Positions 9,392-24,302 of a stretch of 64,000 nucleotides of DNA are shown in pieces (position 1 is the stretch's first letter; every line of letters begins with the position of its first letter). Position numbers and translations under genes: made by a program. Location: contig NC_086097.1 in assembly GCF_963921235.1 (NCBI RefSeq), positions 154,692,001 through 154,756,000 on the forward strand, read 5' to 3'. Source of the stretch: Mobula hypostoma (Eukaryota). The notes under the pieces are model-generated. The model made no database searches and was not told where the DNA came from. It worked only from the letters and a program-made list of their open reading frames with translations.

Positions 9392-12300
9392 CATAAGATA
9401 TTGGAGCACAATTCGGCTATCTGGCTCAGCCATGATCAAATGGTGGAGCACATCAAATCTGCTCCACCATTTGATCATGGCTGAGCCATTTCCCCCTAAA
9501 CCCTGTTCTACTGCCTTCTCTCAATAAACTTTAATGCTCTTTAAATACACTCAATGATCTGGCCTCCACAGCTGTCTGCAGCAACAAATTCCTCCTCTTC
9601 TCTGTACTAAATAGATGCCCCTCTATTCTGAGGTTGTGTCCTCTGGTCCTAGACTCCCCCACTATAGGAAACATCCTCTCCACAAGTACTCTATCTAGAC
9701 TCTTTCAACATTCCATAGTTTCAGTAAGAATTGCACCCTCCGCCCCATCTTCTAATTTCCAGCACATAAATGCACAGAACCATCAAACGCTCTTCATATG
9801 ATAAGACTTTCAATCCCGGCTGAATTTTCATAACATCCTTTGAACCCTCTCCAAGTAAGGCCTCACCAGTGCCTTTTAAAGCCTTAGCATTACTTCCTAG
9901 TCCTCTTGAAATGAAGGCAAACATTGCAGTTGCCTTCCTCACCACCGACTCAACCTGCATGTTAACCTTTGGAGTTCTTGTACAGGATTCCCTAAAGTCT
10001 CTTTGCACTGTGGATTTTTGAGTTTTTTCCCCATTTAGAAAATAGTCTGTGCTTTTATTCCTTCTACCAAAGTGTACGACTGTATATTTCCCAAAACTAT
10101 ACTTCAACTACCACTTCTTTGCTCAGTCTTCTAATCTGTCTAAGTCCTTCTTGCAGCCTCCATGTTTCTCAACAGTACTTTCACAACCATCTACCTTTGT
10201 ATCATCCAAAAACTTGGCCGCAAGGCTATCAATTCCATCTTTCATATCTTCGACATACAATGTAAAAAGAAGACAATACACACCACAAGATGCAAGAGCA
10301 GAATTAGGCCATTTGACCCATCATGTCTGCTCCACCATTCAATCATGGGCGATATTTCTTTTCTTTTCTTTTCTCAGTCCCACTCCTGGGCCTTATCCCT
10401 ATAACCTTCCATGTCATTTCCAATCAAGAATCTATCAATCTCTGCCTTAAATACACCCAACAACCTGGCCTCCACGACTACCTGTGGTAATAAATCCCAC
10501 AAATTCACCACCCTTTGGCTGAAGAAATTTCTCCTCATCTCCGTTTTAAATGGACACCCCTCTATCCTGAGACTGTGCCCTCTTGTCCTAGACTCCCTCA
10601 CCATGAGAAACATCCTTTCCACATCTATTCTGTCCAGGCCTTTCAGTATTGGACAGGTTTCAATGAGATCTCCCCTCATCCTTCTAAATTCCAGCAAGTA
10701 CAGAGCTATCACATGATCCTCACATGATAACCCTTTCATTTCCGGAATCATCCTTGTGAACCTCCACTGAACCCTCCCCAATACCAGCACAATCTTTCGT
10801 AGATGAGGAGCCCAACCTGTTCATAATACTCAAGGTGAGGCCTCAATAGTGCCTTATAAAGCCTCATCATCACATCCCTGCTCTTGTACTCCAGACATCT
10901 TGAAATGAATGCTAACATTGCATTTGCCTTCCTTGCCACTGACTCTACCTGCAAGTTAACCTTTAGGGTGTTCTGCACCAGGAGCCTAAATAAGATTTTT
11001 GGATTTTCTCCCCATTTATAAAATTAAATGTACATTTATTTCTACTACCAAAGTGCATGACCATGCATTTTCCAACATTATATTTCAATTGCCACTCTCT
11101 TGCCCATTCTCCTAATCTGTCTAAGTCCTTATGCAGCCAACCTGTTTCCTCAACAATACCTGCCCCTCCAGAAAACTTCATATCATCTGCATACTTGGCA
11201 ACAAAGCCAGCTATTCCATGATGTAAATCTTTGATATACAACTTAAAAAGCACTCCCAACACCGACCCCTGCAGAACACTACTAGTCACTGCCAGTTAAC
11301 CAGGAAAGGGTATAAAAGGATCCTCGCTACCTCCTACCAATCAGCCAATGCTCTAACCATGCCAGCAACTTTCCTATAATACCATGGGCTCTAAATTTGG
11401 GTAAGCAGCCTCGTGTAGCACCATGTCAAAGACCTTCTCAAAGTCCACATATACAACATCCACTGACTCCCTTTTATCCATCCTACTTGTAATCTCCTCA
11501 AAGAATTCCAACAGGTTTGTCAGGGAAGATTTTCCCTTTAGGAAATCATGCTGACTTTGTCCTACCTTGTCCTGTGTCAGCAAGTGCTCCATAACCTCAT
11601 CCTTAATACACTCAAACATCTTCCCAACCACTGAGGTCAGGCTACCTGGTCTATAATTTCCTTTCTGCTGCCTTCCTCCTTTCTTAAAGAGTGGAAGCAG
11701 TCCCAATACTGACCCCTCTGTAATAGCACCAGTGTGTCAGAAAAGGCTCTCTTTATTTCCATTCTTTGCCTCCTGCCAATCAATCAATGCTCAATTGATG
11801 CTAGTATCTTTCCTGTAATACCATGGCAATTACCTTGCAAAGCAGCTGTCTGAAAATCCAAATACACAATATTCACCAATTCTCCTTTTCTATCCTGCTT
11901 GCTATTTCCTCAAAGAATTCTAACTGATTTGTCAGACAAGATTTTCCCTTAAGGAATGAACAGGTTACCATATGAGGAACATCTGGCAGCTCTTGGGATG
12001 TATTCCCTGGAGTTCAGGAGAATGAGGGTGGATCTCATAGAAACATTGGAAATGTTAAAAGGCCTAAACAGAATAGATATGGCGAAGTTACTTCCCATGG
12101 TAGGGGAGTCTAGGACAAGAGGGCACAACTTCAGGATTGAAGGAAGTCCATTTAAAACAGAGATGCGGAGAAATTACTTTAGTCAGAGGATGGTAAATCT
12201 GTGGAATTTGTTGCCTTGAGCAGCTGTGGAGGCCAAGTCATTGGGTGCATTAAAGGCAGAGGTAGATAGGTTCTTGATTACCCAGGGCATCAAAGGGTAT

Positions 12301-15300
12301 GGGGAGTAGGGATGACTGGAAGAATTGGATCAGCCCATGATTAAATGGCAGAGAAGACTTAATGGACCAAATGGCCTACTTCTGCTCCTATATCTTATGG
12401 TCTTAAGGAAACCATGCTGACTTTGGTCTACTTTATCACGTGCTTCCAAGTACCCTGAAACCTCATCCTTAACAATCAACTCCAACACCTTTCCAGCCAC
12501 TGAGGTCAGGCTATCGGGCCCATAATTTCCCTCCTTCTGCTTCTCTTCCTTCTTGAAGAGTGGAATTCTCCAGTCCTCTGGAACCATCCCAGACACTAGT
12601 AATTCTTAAAAGTTCATAACTAATGTCCCCACAATCTCTTCAGCTACCCTGGGGTGTAGTTCAACTGGTCTAGGTGACTTATCAGCTTCAAAAGCACCTT
12701 CTCCCTAGTGATACCAATGGCACACACTTCTGCTCCCTGACACTCTCGAACATCTGGCAAACTACTAGTGTCTTCCACAGTGAAGACTGATGCAAAATAC
12801 TTAATATGTTCATTTGCCATTTCCTTGTCCCCCATTATTACTTCTCCAGCATCATTTCCAACAATCAGATATCTAATCCTGCATCTCTTTTATCATTTAT
12901 ATGCTTGGAAAAACTTTTGATATCCTCTTTGATATTACTAACTAGCTTATCTTCATATTTCATCGTTTCAATCCTGATAGATTTTTAGTTGCCCTCTGTT
13001 GGTTTTTAAAAGCCTCACAAATCCTCTAACTTCCCATTATTTTTTGCTCTATTATATGCCCTTTCCTTTGCTTTTATGTTGGCTTTGACTTTACTTGTCA
13101 GTCATGGTTCTGTAATCCTGCCTTTAGAATATTTCTTTAGCTTTGTTATGTATCTATCCTGCACCTAATTGCTCTCAGAAATTCCAACCATTGCTGCTCT
13201 GCCATCCTCTCTGCTAGTGTTTTAGCCAGATCCTCTCTCATGTCTCAGTAAACCCCCTTACTTCTTGTAATACTGATACATCTGACTTGAGCTTTTCCAC
13301 CTCAAGTTGCAAGATGAATGCCAGCATATTACTATCACTGTCCCTTAAGAATTCCTTTACCTTAAGCTCCCTATTCAACTTTGTTTCATTACACAACACC
13401 CAATCTGGAACAGCTGATTCCCTAGTGGGCTCAACCAAAAGCTGCTCTAAATGGTTATTTTGCAGGCATTCTACAAATTCCCCCTCTTAAGATCCTGCAC
13501 CATCATTTTCCCAATCCACCTGCATATTGAAATCACCCATGACGATTGTAACATTGCCCTTTTGACATGCATTTTCTTTTTCCCATTGTAATTCATAGCC
13601 TGCATCCAGGCTACTGTTAGGAGCTATGTATAAAACGCACATCAGAGTCATTTTACCCTTGCATTTCCTTAACTCTATCCACAATATTTCTACATCTTCT
13701 GATCCTATGTCACTTCTTTCTAAGGATTTGATTTCCTTTTTTACCAACTGATCCATGCCTACCTCCCTGTTCTTACAATACAACGTGTGTCCCTGGATGC
13801 TAAGTTTTCAGCAATAATCTTTCTGTGATGCACACAACATCATACCTGCCAATCTCTAACTGCGCTACAAGATAATCTACCTTATTCCTTACACTGTGTG
13901 CTTTTAAATATAACACCTTCAGTTCTACATTTGTCACTCTTTTTGACTTTGTCCCCGTTACACTGCAACTCGACCCCCTTGTTTGCAATTATCCCTTATC
14001 ATCTGCCTGTCCTTCTTCACAGTTTCACTACACACTGCCTTTGCTTGTATACCAACTGCGCCTTCCTCAGTTCTATCACTCAGTTTCCCATTCCACCACC
14101 AAATTAGTTTAAACCCTCCCCCAAAAGTTCTAGCAATCCTTCCTGCAAGTATATCAGTCACCCTTGGGTTCAGGTGTAATCCATCCATTTTGTACAGGAC
14201 ATATCTTCCTCAGAAAAGATCCCAATGATCCAGAAATCTGAAACCATACCCCCTGCACCAGTTCTTCAGGCACTCATTCACCTGCCAAATAATCCTATTC
14301 TTACCCTCCACGGCACATGGCAGAGGCAGCAATCCAGAGATTACTACCCTGGAGGTCTTGCTTTTCAACTTTCTACCTATCTCCCTAAATTTTTTCTTCA
14401 GGACTCCCCCTATTTTCCTCCCCATGTCATTGGTACCAATACATACCAAGATTTTATAGATCTGAGACGTCCCTCACCCTGCTGCCTGGAAGGCAACATA
14501 CCATCTGGGTGTCTCTATCATGTCCACAGAATCTCACATCTACTCCTCTAACCATGAAATTACCTATCACTGCTGCATTCCTCTTCCTCTTCCCTCTGAG
14601 CCACAGAACCAGACAGTGCTAGAGAGCCAATCACTGTGACTTCCCTGTATAGGTCACAGAATCCAAAGTGGTATACTTATTATTGAAGGGAATGGCCATA
14701 GAGGTACTCTGCACTGGCTGACCATTTCCTTTCCCTCTTCTGACAGGAGGTACTTGCCTTCTGCAACTTAGGGGTGACTACCTCCCTGTAGCTCCTATCA
14801 CCACCTCAGTTTCCTGTGTGAGCTGAAATTCATCCAGCTGCATCTCTAATTCCTTAACACGTTCTCTGAGGAGTTGCAGCTTGGTGCACCTGCTGCAGAT
14901 GTGGTTATACTGGAGACTGGAGGTCTCCCAGAATTCTCACATCTCTCACAAAATACACAACATAGCCCATGGAGCCATCCTCACTGCACTGAACAAGAAG
15001 AACAAAGAAGAGACTTACCGGATACTGATCTCACCCAAGCCTGATGAGCCAAAGCCACCCAACACTAATCCACTCATACAATGGACACTCCGCTTGTCCC
15101 TGCCTTATTTTAATTTGCCCTTGCTATTAAAACACGATTTGATTGGGCTGCCAAAAAAAAAGCCCATAAACACTGCTTTTAAAACTCTCACTCCCGTACC
15201 TGTGAGTAGCCTTCTCTCTTGCTCCCAATTCGACTGGGCCACAGGAAAATGCCGGAACCCCACAAGTGCTCCTTTTTTACAATCTCACACATGGATCACA

Positions 15301-15480
15301 AGTAGCTTCCTTTCTCATTCCCGATTCGACTGGGCTGCCGGAAAGACGGCGGAAGTTCGCAAATGCTCCTTTTTAAAATTGCATTCATGGACTTGTAAGG
15401 AGCATCCCTTCTTGTTCCAGATTTGACTAGGCCACCAGAAAAACACCAAAAGCCCAAAAACACCTTGTTTTAATGGTCCT
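9392..15480 (-). mobile_element. Near full-length decayed CR1 LINE with nested CR1 fragments
   Basis: Read right to left: repetitive 5' UTR, ORF1 SGNH-esterase remnants (CIGTNDMG, DGLHLNP), APE endonuclease (LKVLYLKAHSVRNK, VMGDFN), RT remnants, tail. A second minus copy lies at about 10285-11700. Confidence 0.85.
11957..12401 (+). mobile_element. CR1 3' fragment inserted in opposite orientation into a CR1
   Basis: ORF 11956-12219 matches the CR1 ORF2 C-terminus. 9-bp TSD cttaaggaa at 11948-11956 and 12402-12410. Confidence 0.85.
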
Positions 15481-16934
15481 ACTCACTCCTAGGGTCAGGC
15501 ATTTGACCATTATTTGGCATGGCTGGCAATTAAGAGTTATTCAGGGCACACAGTGTGGAGTTAAAATTTGGAAACATCAGGTTACAACAAATTTACTTTT
15601 CTCTGTGCAGTCTATCCCAGTTAATATCTAGGTCATTGTATGTGGTGAGTAGAACTGATTGGAGGCAACTTATGACCCTGTACACTCATGCATCTCTACA
15701 CCATTTCAGTGGCAAAATAATGAAGGGGTATAGTAGATATTCTCCTGTTCTGTAAATGGCAATGTCACCCAATCATTAAATGTTTTGATTATTTCAGAAT
15801 CAGAATCAGTTTATTGCCAGTATGTGAAACACACCAGAATTGATTGTGGTTCAGTACCAAGCATAAAACACAGGTTGACATTGTAACAGATAACACAATA
15901 GCAACCAACAATAGTGCAAAAAGAGCATGAACAATCAACAGTTAGCACAAATGTATATATCAAACTTAAGAAAATGTGAACATACAAGCAGACTAAATGA
16001 GTATCAACAGAACAAAGAGCAGGAAATACCCTTTAATGGATGTTGTGCAGGGACAATTAGTGTGAGTTTTGTGGAAAAGCTGGATAGCTGCAGGAAAGAA
16101 GTATTGGAGATAACATGTAATTCTGGTGGTGATGGATTTGTAGCAATGATATGTAGTCTTAGTGGGGACGGATTTCTGCCTAAATTTGAACCAATTTGGA
16201 GATACTCTTGCATATTTGTGCTGTAGGTTTCCTATGTTTCTATTGTTCGGCACAGCATTGTGGGCCAAAAGGCCTGTATTGTGCTGTAGGTTTTCTATTT
16301 CCACAAATTCTTAATATTATAATTGCTCTGTTCAAATTCCAACATAATTAAATGTTAAAAATGCCTAAGGAAGGTATTTTATAAAATTAATCCAAAACTC
16401 TCTAGATATGGACCAAATAATCGGACCAGTGAATTGATAGTGCTGGAAAATTCTACAATAAACAACAAGTAATATCATTAAAATTAAACATTTATTTCCA
16501 TAAGATATTTTTATCAAGTACATTTATTATCAAAGAATGCATAACTTATATAACTGTGAGATTTGTCTGCTTACAGGTAGCTGCAAAGCAAGAAACCCAA
16601 AATAATCCAATTTAAAGAAAATAAAGACCAACCCCCCCAATGCGTAGAGAAAGAGAAAAAAAAACATAAATCATGTGAACAATAGAAGCGAGCAGCACAA
16701 CAGCATTCCGAACCAAATTGAGCCCTTAGATACAGATCTCCGGAGCAGCTGGAGCTGGCCCGAAGCCTCAGTATTCAGTTCATCATATTAGCAGGGCAAA
16801 CTGCCACAAAGTTTGCAGACATGAAGCACAGCAGCCAGGGGTAGCCTCACAGCCCCGGAGTCACAGAGAAAGGAGCCCCCAGTCTATCTAGACCGGCATT
16901 AAAATTGTTCAAATACCGGATCCTACCTTGCATT

Positions 16935-19150
16935 AGATACAGGAGCAGAATTAGACCATTTGGCCCATCGAGTTGGCTCCATAACTTCATCACGGCTGAT
17001 CCAATTCCCTCTCAGCACCCATCTCCTGCCTTCTTCCTGCAACCTTCCATACCCTGACAAATCAAGAATCGATCAGCCTCTGCGTAAATATACCAAATGG
17101 CTTGGTCTCCACAACCACCTGTGGTAACAAATTCCACGGATTCACCACTCTCTGGCTAAAGAAATTTCTTCTCATTTCCATTTTAAATGGCCATCCACCT
17201 ATTCTGTGGCTGTGTCCTCCAGTCTGACCAGGTTCATTTCCCAATACCAGATTAAGTACAGCCTCTCCTCTAGTTGTCTTATCTACATATTGTATCAGGA
17301 AATTTTCCTGAACACTCTGAACAAACTCCACCCCATCTAAACCCCTTGCTCTAAGAAGCCACTCAATACTAGGAAAGTTAAAATCTCCCATCACAACAAC
17401 CCTACTATTATTGCACCATTCCAGAATCTGCCTCCCTATCTGCTCCTTGATGTTCCTGTTACTATTAGGACGTCTGTAAAAAAAATACCCAGTTGAGTTA
17501 TAGCCCCCTTCCTCTTTCTGGCTTCCACCCACACTGACTCAGTAGATAACCCTTCCACGACTTCCTCCTTTTACAGGACACTGCCCGTAAATAGCAATGC
17601 CATGCCCACCTCCTTCCCTGTCCTTTTTGAAACATCTAAAACCTGGCACACTCAGCAACTATTCCTGCCCCTGAGACATACAAGTTTCTGTAAAGGCCAC
17701 AATGTCACAGTTGCACGTATTGATCCACGCTCTAAGTTCATCCACCTTGTTTATATACTCCTTGCATTAAAATAAACACATCTCAAACCATCAGGCTGAG
17801 TGCATCTTTGCTCTAACATCTGCCTGTCCTTCCTCACAAGCTCCCTATAAGCTGTCTCTACTTGTGCACCAACCACCCCATCCTCTGCCTCTTCATTTCA
17901 GTTCCCATCTGCTGAAAATCTAGTTTAAACCTTCCCCAATAGTGTTAGCAAACCTCCCCGCCAGGATATTGGTCCCACTCGGATTCAAGTGCAACCTGTC
18001 CATTTTGTACAAGTCCCAGGTCTCAACGATCCAGAAATGTGAATCCCTGCTCCAATCCTTCAGCCATGCATTTATCCGCCACATAACTCTACTCCTATAC
18101 TCACTGTCATGTGGCACAGGCAACATCCCGAGATTACTACCCCTGAGGTCCTGCTTCTCACTATCCTTCCTAACTTCTTGTATTCTGCTTTCAAGAACTC
18201 CTCCCTTTTTCTACCTCTGTTGTTTGTACTAATATGTACCATGACCTCTGGCCGCTCGCCCTCCCCTCCCATTTCAGGATAATGTGGACACATTCAGAAA
18301 CATCACGAACCCCGGCACATGGGAGGCAAATTTCCATCCATGTTTTGTTTTCATGCCCAGAAAATCGCCTATCTGTTCCCCTAACTATACAGTCCCCTAT
18401 TACTGCTGCTATCCTCTTCCATTCCCTACCCTTCTGAGCCACAGGGCCAGACACAATGCCAGAGGCACAGCCACTGTTGCTTCCCCCAGGTAGCACCACC
18501 ACCATCAGTACTCAAAATGGAGTGCTTATTGTGAAGGGGGACGGCCACAGGGGTGCTCTCCACTACCTGATGCTCTCCCTTCCCTCTCCTGACAGTCACC
18601 CATTTATCTGTCTCATGTTCCCTGCTGTGACTGCCTGCCTTGTAGCTCCTGTCTATCACTTCCTCACTTTCCCTAACAAGCCGAAGGTCATCGAGCTGCA
18701 GCTCCAGTTCCTTAACCTGGACTCTAAGGAACTGCAGCTCGATTCACCTGCCGCATATGTGGCCATCAGGGAGGGTGGAAATCTCTGGACATCCCACATC
18801 TGACACGCAAAGCAGAAAACTGGCCTTGCAGACATATGCACTACTCTTAAGTTAAAGGAACAAAGAGATATGAAAGTCACCTACCTCCTTACCTCACCTA
18901 GGCCCGTCCTCGCCAAAGCCCTACTACTCTGCCTCACGCTACTCCGATGACCGCTCCTTCGATGACCACCCACTAGGCAGTGTCACCCTTTTATCCCGGA
19001 ACCTTCTCAGTGACCTTGCGTGATCATGAGCTACTGCATCTGTACATTTCTCCCAATCGAACCTTCCGCTGAAAGAGACTCCTTCCTTTTTAAATCTTCT
19101 CAGCGGCCTTGTGCAGTGATGAGCTACTACATCTGTGCACTTCTCCCAAT
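16935..19150 (-). mobile_element. Internally deleted CR1 LINE (ORF1 zinc finger/esterase, endonuclease, 3' end)
   Basis: VFCFACQMWD, AVIGDCIVRGTDRRF, DRLHLNPSG and VVMGDFNFP, joined directly to FKMEMRRNFFSQ. Confidence 0.8.
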
Positions 19151-21663
19151 AAGCTTGCTGTAATTTACATTTTATTTTTTCTCCTTTCTATACTATCATG
19201 TATTGCACTGAACTCCTGCTGCAAAGTTACCAAATTTCACGACACATGCCAGTGATAATAACCCTGACAAACGTGAACATTGCATTTGCTTTCCTCACCA
19301 CCTACTCAACCTCAAATTGACCTTTAGGACTCTCAAGTCCCTTTGCACCTCAGATTTTTGAATTTTCTCTTGATTGAGAAAATAGTCCACGCTTTTATTT
19401 CTTGCCAAAGTACATGATCATACACTCTCCAACACTGTATTCCATCTGCCACTTCATTGCCCATTCTCCTAATCTATTCAAGTCCTTTGTAGCTTCTCTG
19501 TTTCCTCAGTGCTACCTGCCTATCCACCTACCTTTCCCCTTTCATGACATATCAGTAAACTATCTTCACTGTCAATAAATCCATAATGAGAATGGAATGC
19601 CCACTTTCCATTGTCATCTCATCCAAAGATACTCATCCAGAATCCAGTTTAGAATGCAACATAAGGTGGTATTTCTAGATAAATAGCTATATTTGATTTG
19701 TATCTATGTATGCATCCTCCTCTTCCAAATGTGGACATATAGAATATCAAATCAAGTACAATATTACAAGTACTCAAAAAGAATGAGATGTAATTATGTA
19801 TGGGATAGCCAAAGTAGAGGGCACAATGGAGAGGGTGTAGAAGAAGTTTACCAGGATGCTGCTTGGATTAGAGAAAATGTACAACAGGGAAAAGTTGGAC
19901 AAACTAGGACTGATTTCTCTGAAAGGTACAGGCTGATGAGAAACCTGATAAAAATTTATAACATTTATGAGAGCAAAGTTAGACAGCTGGTACCTTTCTC
20001 CCCCAGGGTCTGAAGTCTAATACTATGAACATGCATAAAAGATGATGAAGGAAAGTTTTTCTGTACACAGAGTGTAGGAATGCGAGGAAAGGTTGTGGAG
20101 ACAGATGTGATAAAGGTGTTAGATAGGCACATGAATGCACAGAGAAGTAGGGATATGAACTATGAGCAAGCAGAAGAGATTAGTTTAATTAGAGATCTTT
20201 TGCCTAATTATTTTGATACATTATAGGTTGAATGGTCTGTTGCTGCACTATTCCATATTCTACTGTATAATACCAAGCCATCAACCTTTTTAAAAAATGC
20301 CTGCCTCCTTATCTACGCTGGTAGAAATAATATTTGGGCTGGTGAACAACGGCATAGACAGGGTGAATCTTCCAGAGCTAATTATAACCTCAAGTGGTAT
20401 CTGTGTGGATTTTGCTGCATGGTTTCATAATCATGTTGATGTCCTCTCATATCTCAAGGACATACTGGCTGGTTAATGGACTATTGTAAATTACTACTAG
20501 CAGCAACAAACAAAAATCCAAAAAAGGGATTTCTGAGGAATCTTATAGAGTAAAGAGAGAGAATAGTACTCATATGATTGCTTTCTTTGGGAGGCAGCAT
20601 GGACGTGATCATTGAAAGACTATTTGAAGGTAGAGGTCAATTGAAGTGTATCGCACTTGTTGTCCTCCTTTTGGCCAATGTGTGTTCCATCTGCTTGTAA
20701 ATAGTAAATATTTAACCATCTCAGACTGTCAAGGTGTCTCATTAATACAGTACAGTGTTGGATTTATCAAAATAGCATCATGACAACATGTGCAAGTGAA
20801 TTATAATTTTAGATATTGTAGGAACTATAGTTGACTTAAATTTTGTTGAATATAAAATCTTGCCAAACTGGAACTGTGTGGCTTCAGGCTGTAGGTGGAC
20901 TCAAACTTGAACTTGTCCACAATTCATTTTAGCTGGTTAATTGGTTTCAAAATCAATTCCTATACATTGACAATGCCAGCACAGAGACCAATACAATTTT
21001 TTTTAAATCTGTTTGTGTGTCTGGTGTTATTTTTTTGCGTTGTGTACCAGGACCAATCAATCTGAATAATTCTCAACCAACAAATCAATTATACAATATT
21101 TTATTGTCCTCAGAAGTTGACATGACACAGAATTGTTAGTCAACAGTAACATCCTAAAGTGCTCATATTTAGAAGCAGGGTACCTCTCTCTCTGATCACT
21201 ATTTTTATTTATTTTCCCATCATATCACTTTCCTTTATTGTCCAGTTCATGTTTTATTTTGTGCTGATTTTGTAATTTCTATAGAATTGGGAATTCCTTT
21301 GCCAATCTTGTTTTCTGGCATGAACTTCATAAGGAATGTAAGTCTCTTCCAGTTGATCAGCAAAGCAAAACATCAAATAATAGCAACTAATGGGTGTGGG
21401 TGGCGTTATGGTCAAACATGACCCATCCTGATTAGGGGAAAGTAGCAAATCATGCAAAAGATAGACAATTGGGAGAAATGATTTGGATTATTATAGCACT
21501 CCTAAATCGATGAAAAAAGTGTTCTTTATAGACAACACTATAATATCATTTTGAAATTTGCTACTGAGTTTGTTTTTGTCAACCTTCATGGATCATGTAC
21601 AGAACTTAATTTCATTTTTTTTTTTGTTTCACCAAGTACCTTAATTCTGTGTCTTCTGCTTAC

Positions 21664-22471
21664 TGTTACGTACCCCGTAACTGGGTTGCCAAACCAGCAG
21701 AAATGGAACGCTCGTTGGAGTCTGGATTACTAGGAACTAATAAAGTTTTATTAAAGAAATAAGTAATACAGTACACTAATCGTAACGATATAAATGTAAC
21801 AGGTTAGCAATGATAATGCACACATATACACAGAACTAGGGTAATAGGAATCAACCAAGCTCTGTCGCAGTCTAGGGGTAAAATGATTAGTCTTAAGTGA
21901 AGCAGAGTTCAGTTCAGTTCACAGCAATCGCTGTTGTTGTACTGTTAGAGAGAAAGATGCAATTTGATTTCAGGCAGACCTTTTGATGTCTTCGCAATTG
22001 TTTTCGGGCAGACCTTCTGATGTCCTCTATCCCGCTGTGGTCACCGACTGTGACCCCTCCGTTCTGGATATGATCGTTCTTCCACGGTGAACCCGGCACC
22101 CAGGCAAGGGCGGACACACACCCCAGGTTCCCACCGATCATACCTTTACACCCTATGAGCCTCTGGTAGGTTCCCGCGAACCGGTCCTCTAAACTTCCAC
22201 CAACTTGTGGGGGCACACTGCTCTTTTCAGGGTCTCGTGGTGTGTCGCGTGCCTTAGCAAACCTGCTCCTTTTGTCCCCCTGCTGGGGTATCACCTGTCC
22301 ACAAACTTCAAACAGTTCAGGTTCAAAGCAACCGGTCTGTCAATATCTGAATTGTGTTTCTTTCCTGTTAATCCCTCTCTTCTCTCTTATTAGCATTTTG
22401 AATGTTTCTCCATTGTCTTTCTTATCTGTCTCATTAGCATCATCCATCCGGTAGCTCCACTGGGCGTCACA
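21664..22471 (-). mobile_element. Probable solo LTR (about 808 bp)
   Basis: Begins TGTTACG and ends CGTCACA (TG...CA with near-inverted termini). CpG-richer than its flanks, with AATAAA on - near 21747. No clean TSD seen. Confidence 0.5.
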
Positions 22472-22479
22472 CATGACAT

Positions 22480-23262
22480 TACATAGAAACATAGAAAATA
22501 GGTGCAGGCATAGGCCATTTGGCCCTTCAAGCCTGCACCGCCATTCAGTACGATCATGGATGATCATCCAACTCAGAACCCTGTATCAGCCTTCCCTCTA
22601 TACCCACTGATCCCTTTAGCCACAAGAGTCATATCTAACTCCCTCTTAAATATAGCCAATGAACTGGCCTCAACTGTTTCCTGTGGCAGAGAATTCCACA
22701 GATTCACCACTCTCTGTGTGAAGAAGTTTTTCCTAATCTCGGTCCTAAAAGGCTTCCCTTTTATTCTCAAACTGTGACCCCTCGTTCTGGACTTCCCCAA
22801 CATCGGGAACAATCTTCCTGCATCTAGCCTGTCCAATCCCTTTAGGATTTTATACGTTTCAATCAGATCTCCCCTCAATCTTCTAAATTCCAACGAGTAT
22901 AAGCCTAGTTCATCCAGTCTTTCATCATATGAAAATCCTGCCATCCCAGGAATCAACCTGGTGAACCTTCTTTGTACTCCCTCTATGGCAAGGATGTCTT
23001 TCCTCAGATTCGGGGACCAAAACTGCACACAATATTCCAGGTGTGGTATCACTAAGGCCTTGTACAACTGCAGTAGTACCTCCCTGCTCCTGTACTCGAA
23101 TCCTCTCACTATAAATGCCAGCATACCATTCGCTTTTTTCACCGCCTGCTGTACCTGCATGCCCACTTTCAATGACTGGTGTATAATGACACCCAGGTCT
23201 CGTTGCACCTCCCCTTTTCCTAATCGGCCACCATTCAGATAATAATCTGTTTTCCCTCCTTC
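22480..23262 (-). mobile_element. Young 5'-truncated CR1 LINE
   Basis: Uninterrupted ORF 22573-23286, mostly CR1 ORF2 C-terminus (HLEYCVQFWSP...RTRGHSLRI), with a catagaaa tail at about 22482-22497. Confidence 0.9.
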
Positions 23263-24302
23263 CACTAACAAACAGTTTTTCCTCAACTAAATCATAATTC
23301 TGAAGATTTTTTCTTGGGTTGGTAAAGATTCTGATTTTAAGGCAAATATCCCTCTGATCTGAAAATCAAAATCTGAAGACATTAGAGATTTGAAATAGAA
23401 TTTGCTAAGTACATTCAGCAGGTCACATTGCATTCTGTGGACAGAGAATGATGCTTCCTGATTTGCTAAATATTTTCAATAGCTTGTGTTTTTAGAACAA
23501 ATAACTCTGGGCTGTGGACTCCTATATCTTAATTTACTCCTGAAAATGTAATTGGCAGCTGAGCTGTCCTGCTCTGATAAGATATCCACACAAAAGAAGT
23601 ACATCTTATTGGGTCCTAATACTGGCTGAGAAGCTTGAAGAGAATAATATGTGCAGCTTGAACACTGTATTCCGCCCACAGTTGCCCAAGGCTTTCAGGA
23701 GATTAGCAGCACTATTTTAACACTACAAAGATCTCTCAAATTGGGTTTATTCCCCTTCTTCTAGCCATTCTCTTTCCAATCTCTTAACCAACAAAATTTG
23801 AGAGGAGTTGGGAAAAATTCCGAGTTTGTTGACTTGAAATACCTAATACTGACTGCCAACTTCAAAAGCAAAGGCACTGATGTATTTTTGGGGTTGGAAG
23901 ATGGGTGCCTTGGTAGAGGAGCACACTAATCACTTATCTTCCATCCATTTAGTAGCCCTAAGTGCTAATCAAGCCAGTTCCTTGCTGTGCTGATCAACTC
24001 CTGTGGAATTCTAACATGCTCAGTCTTTGCATCAGGACATTGCTTCCGTTCTGACAATCCCCAAGAAGTTTCCTTTTTTTGTCCTTGGACTGAAGAATAA
24101 CAAGAGGTCTAAGAGTGACACCCTCAGAAGGAATGGACTCTCAGTGTCCTTCACTTCAAAGGCATCAATTGGCAGGCTGCACAAGAACTTGGTGTTAAAT
24201 TTCATTCGCTTCTCTTTTGATAGCTGATTGCATCACATTGGCCAGAAACAAATGTTACTTTTTCCAGCTAACGATCAGCATACAGAAATAACACTATAAA
24301 AG

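Noticed and set aside
14881..15426. 181-aa plus-strand ORF
   Set aside because: It is antisense to the CR1 5' UTR and ORF1 start and shows no protein-like motifs.
15125..15475. CRISPR-like repeat array
   Set aside because: The repeats are degenerate tandem units without unique spacers, in a eukaryotic LINE 5' UTR, and no cas genes are present.
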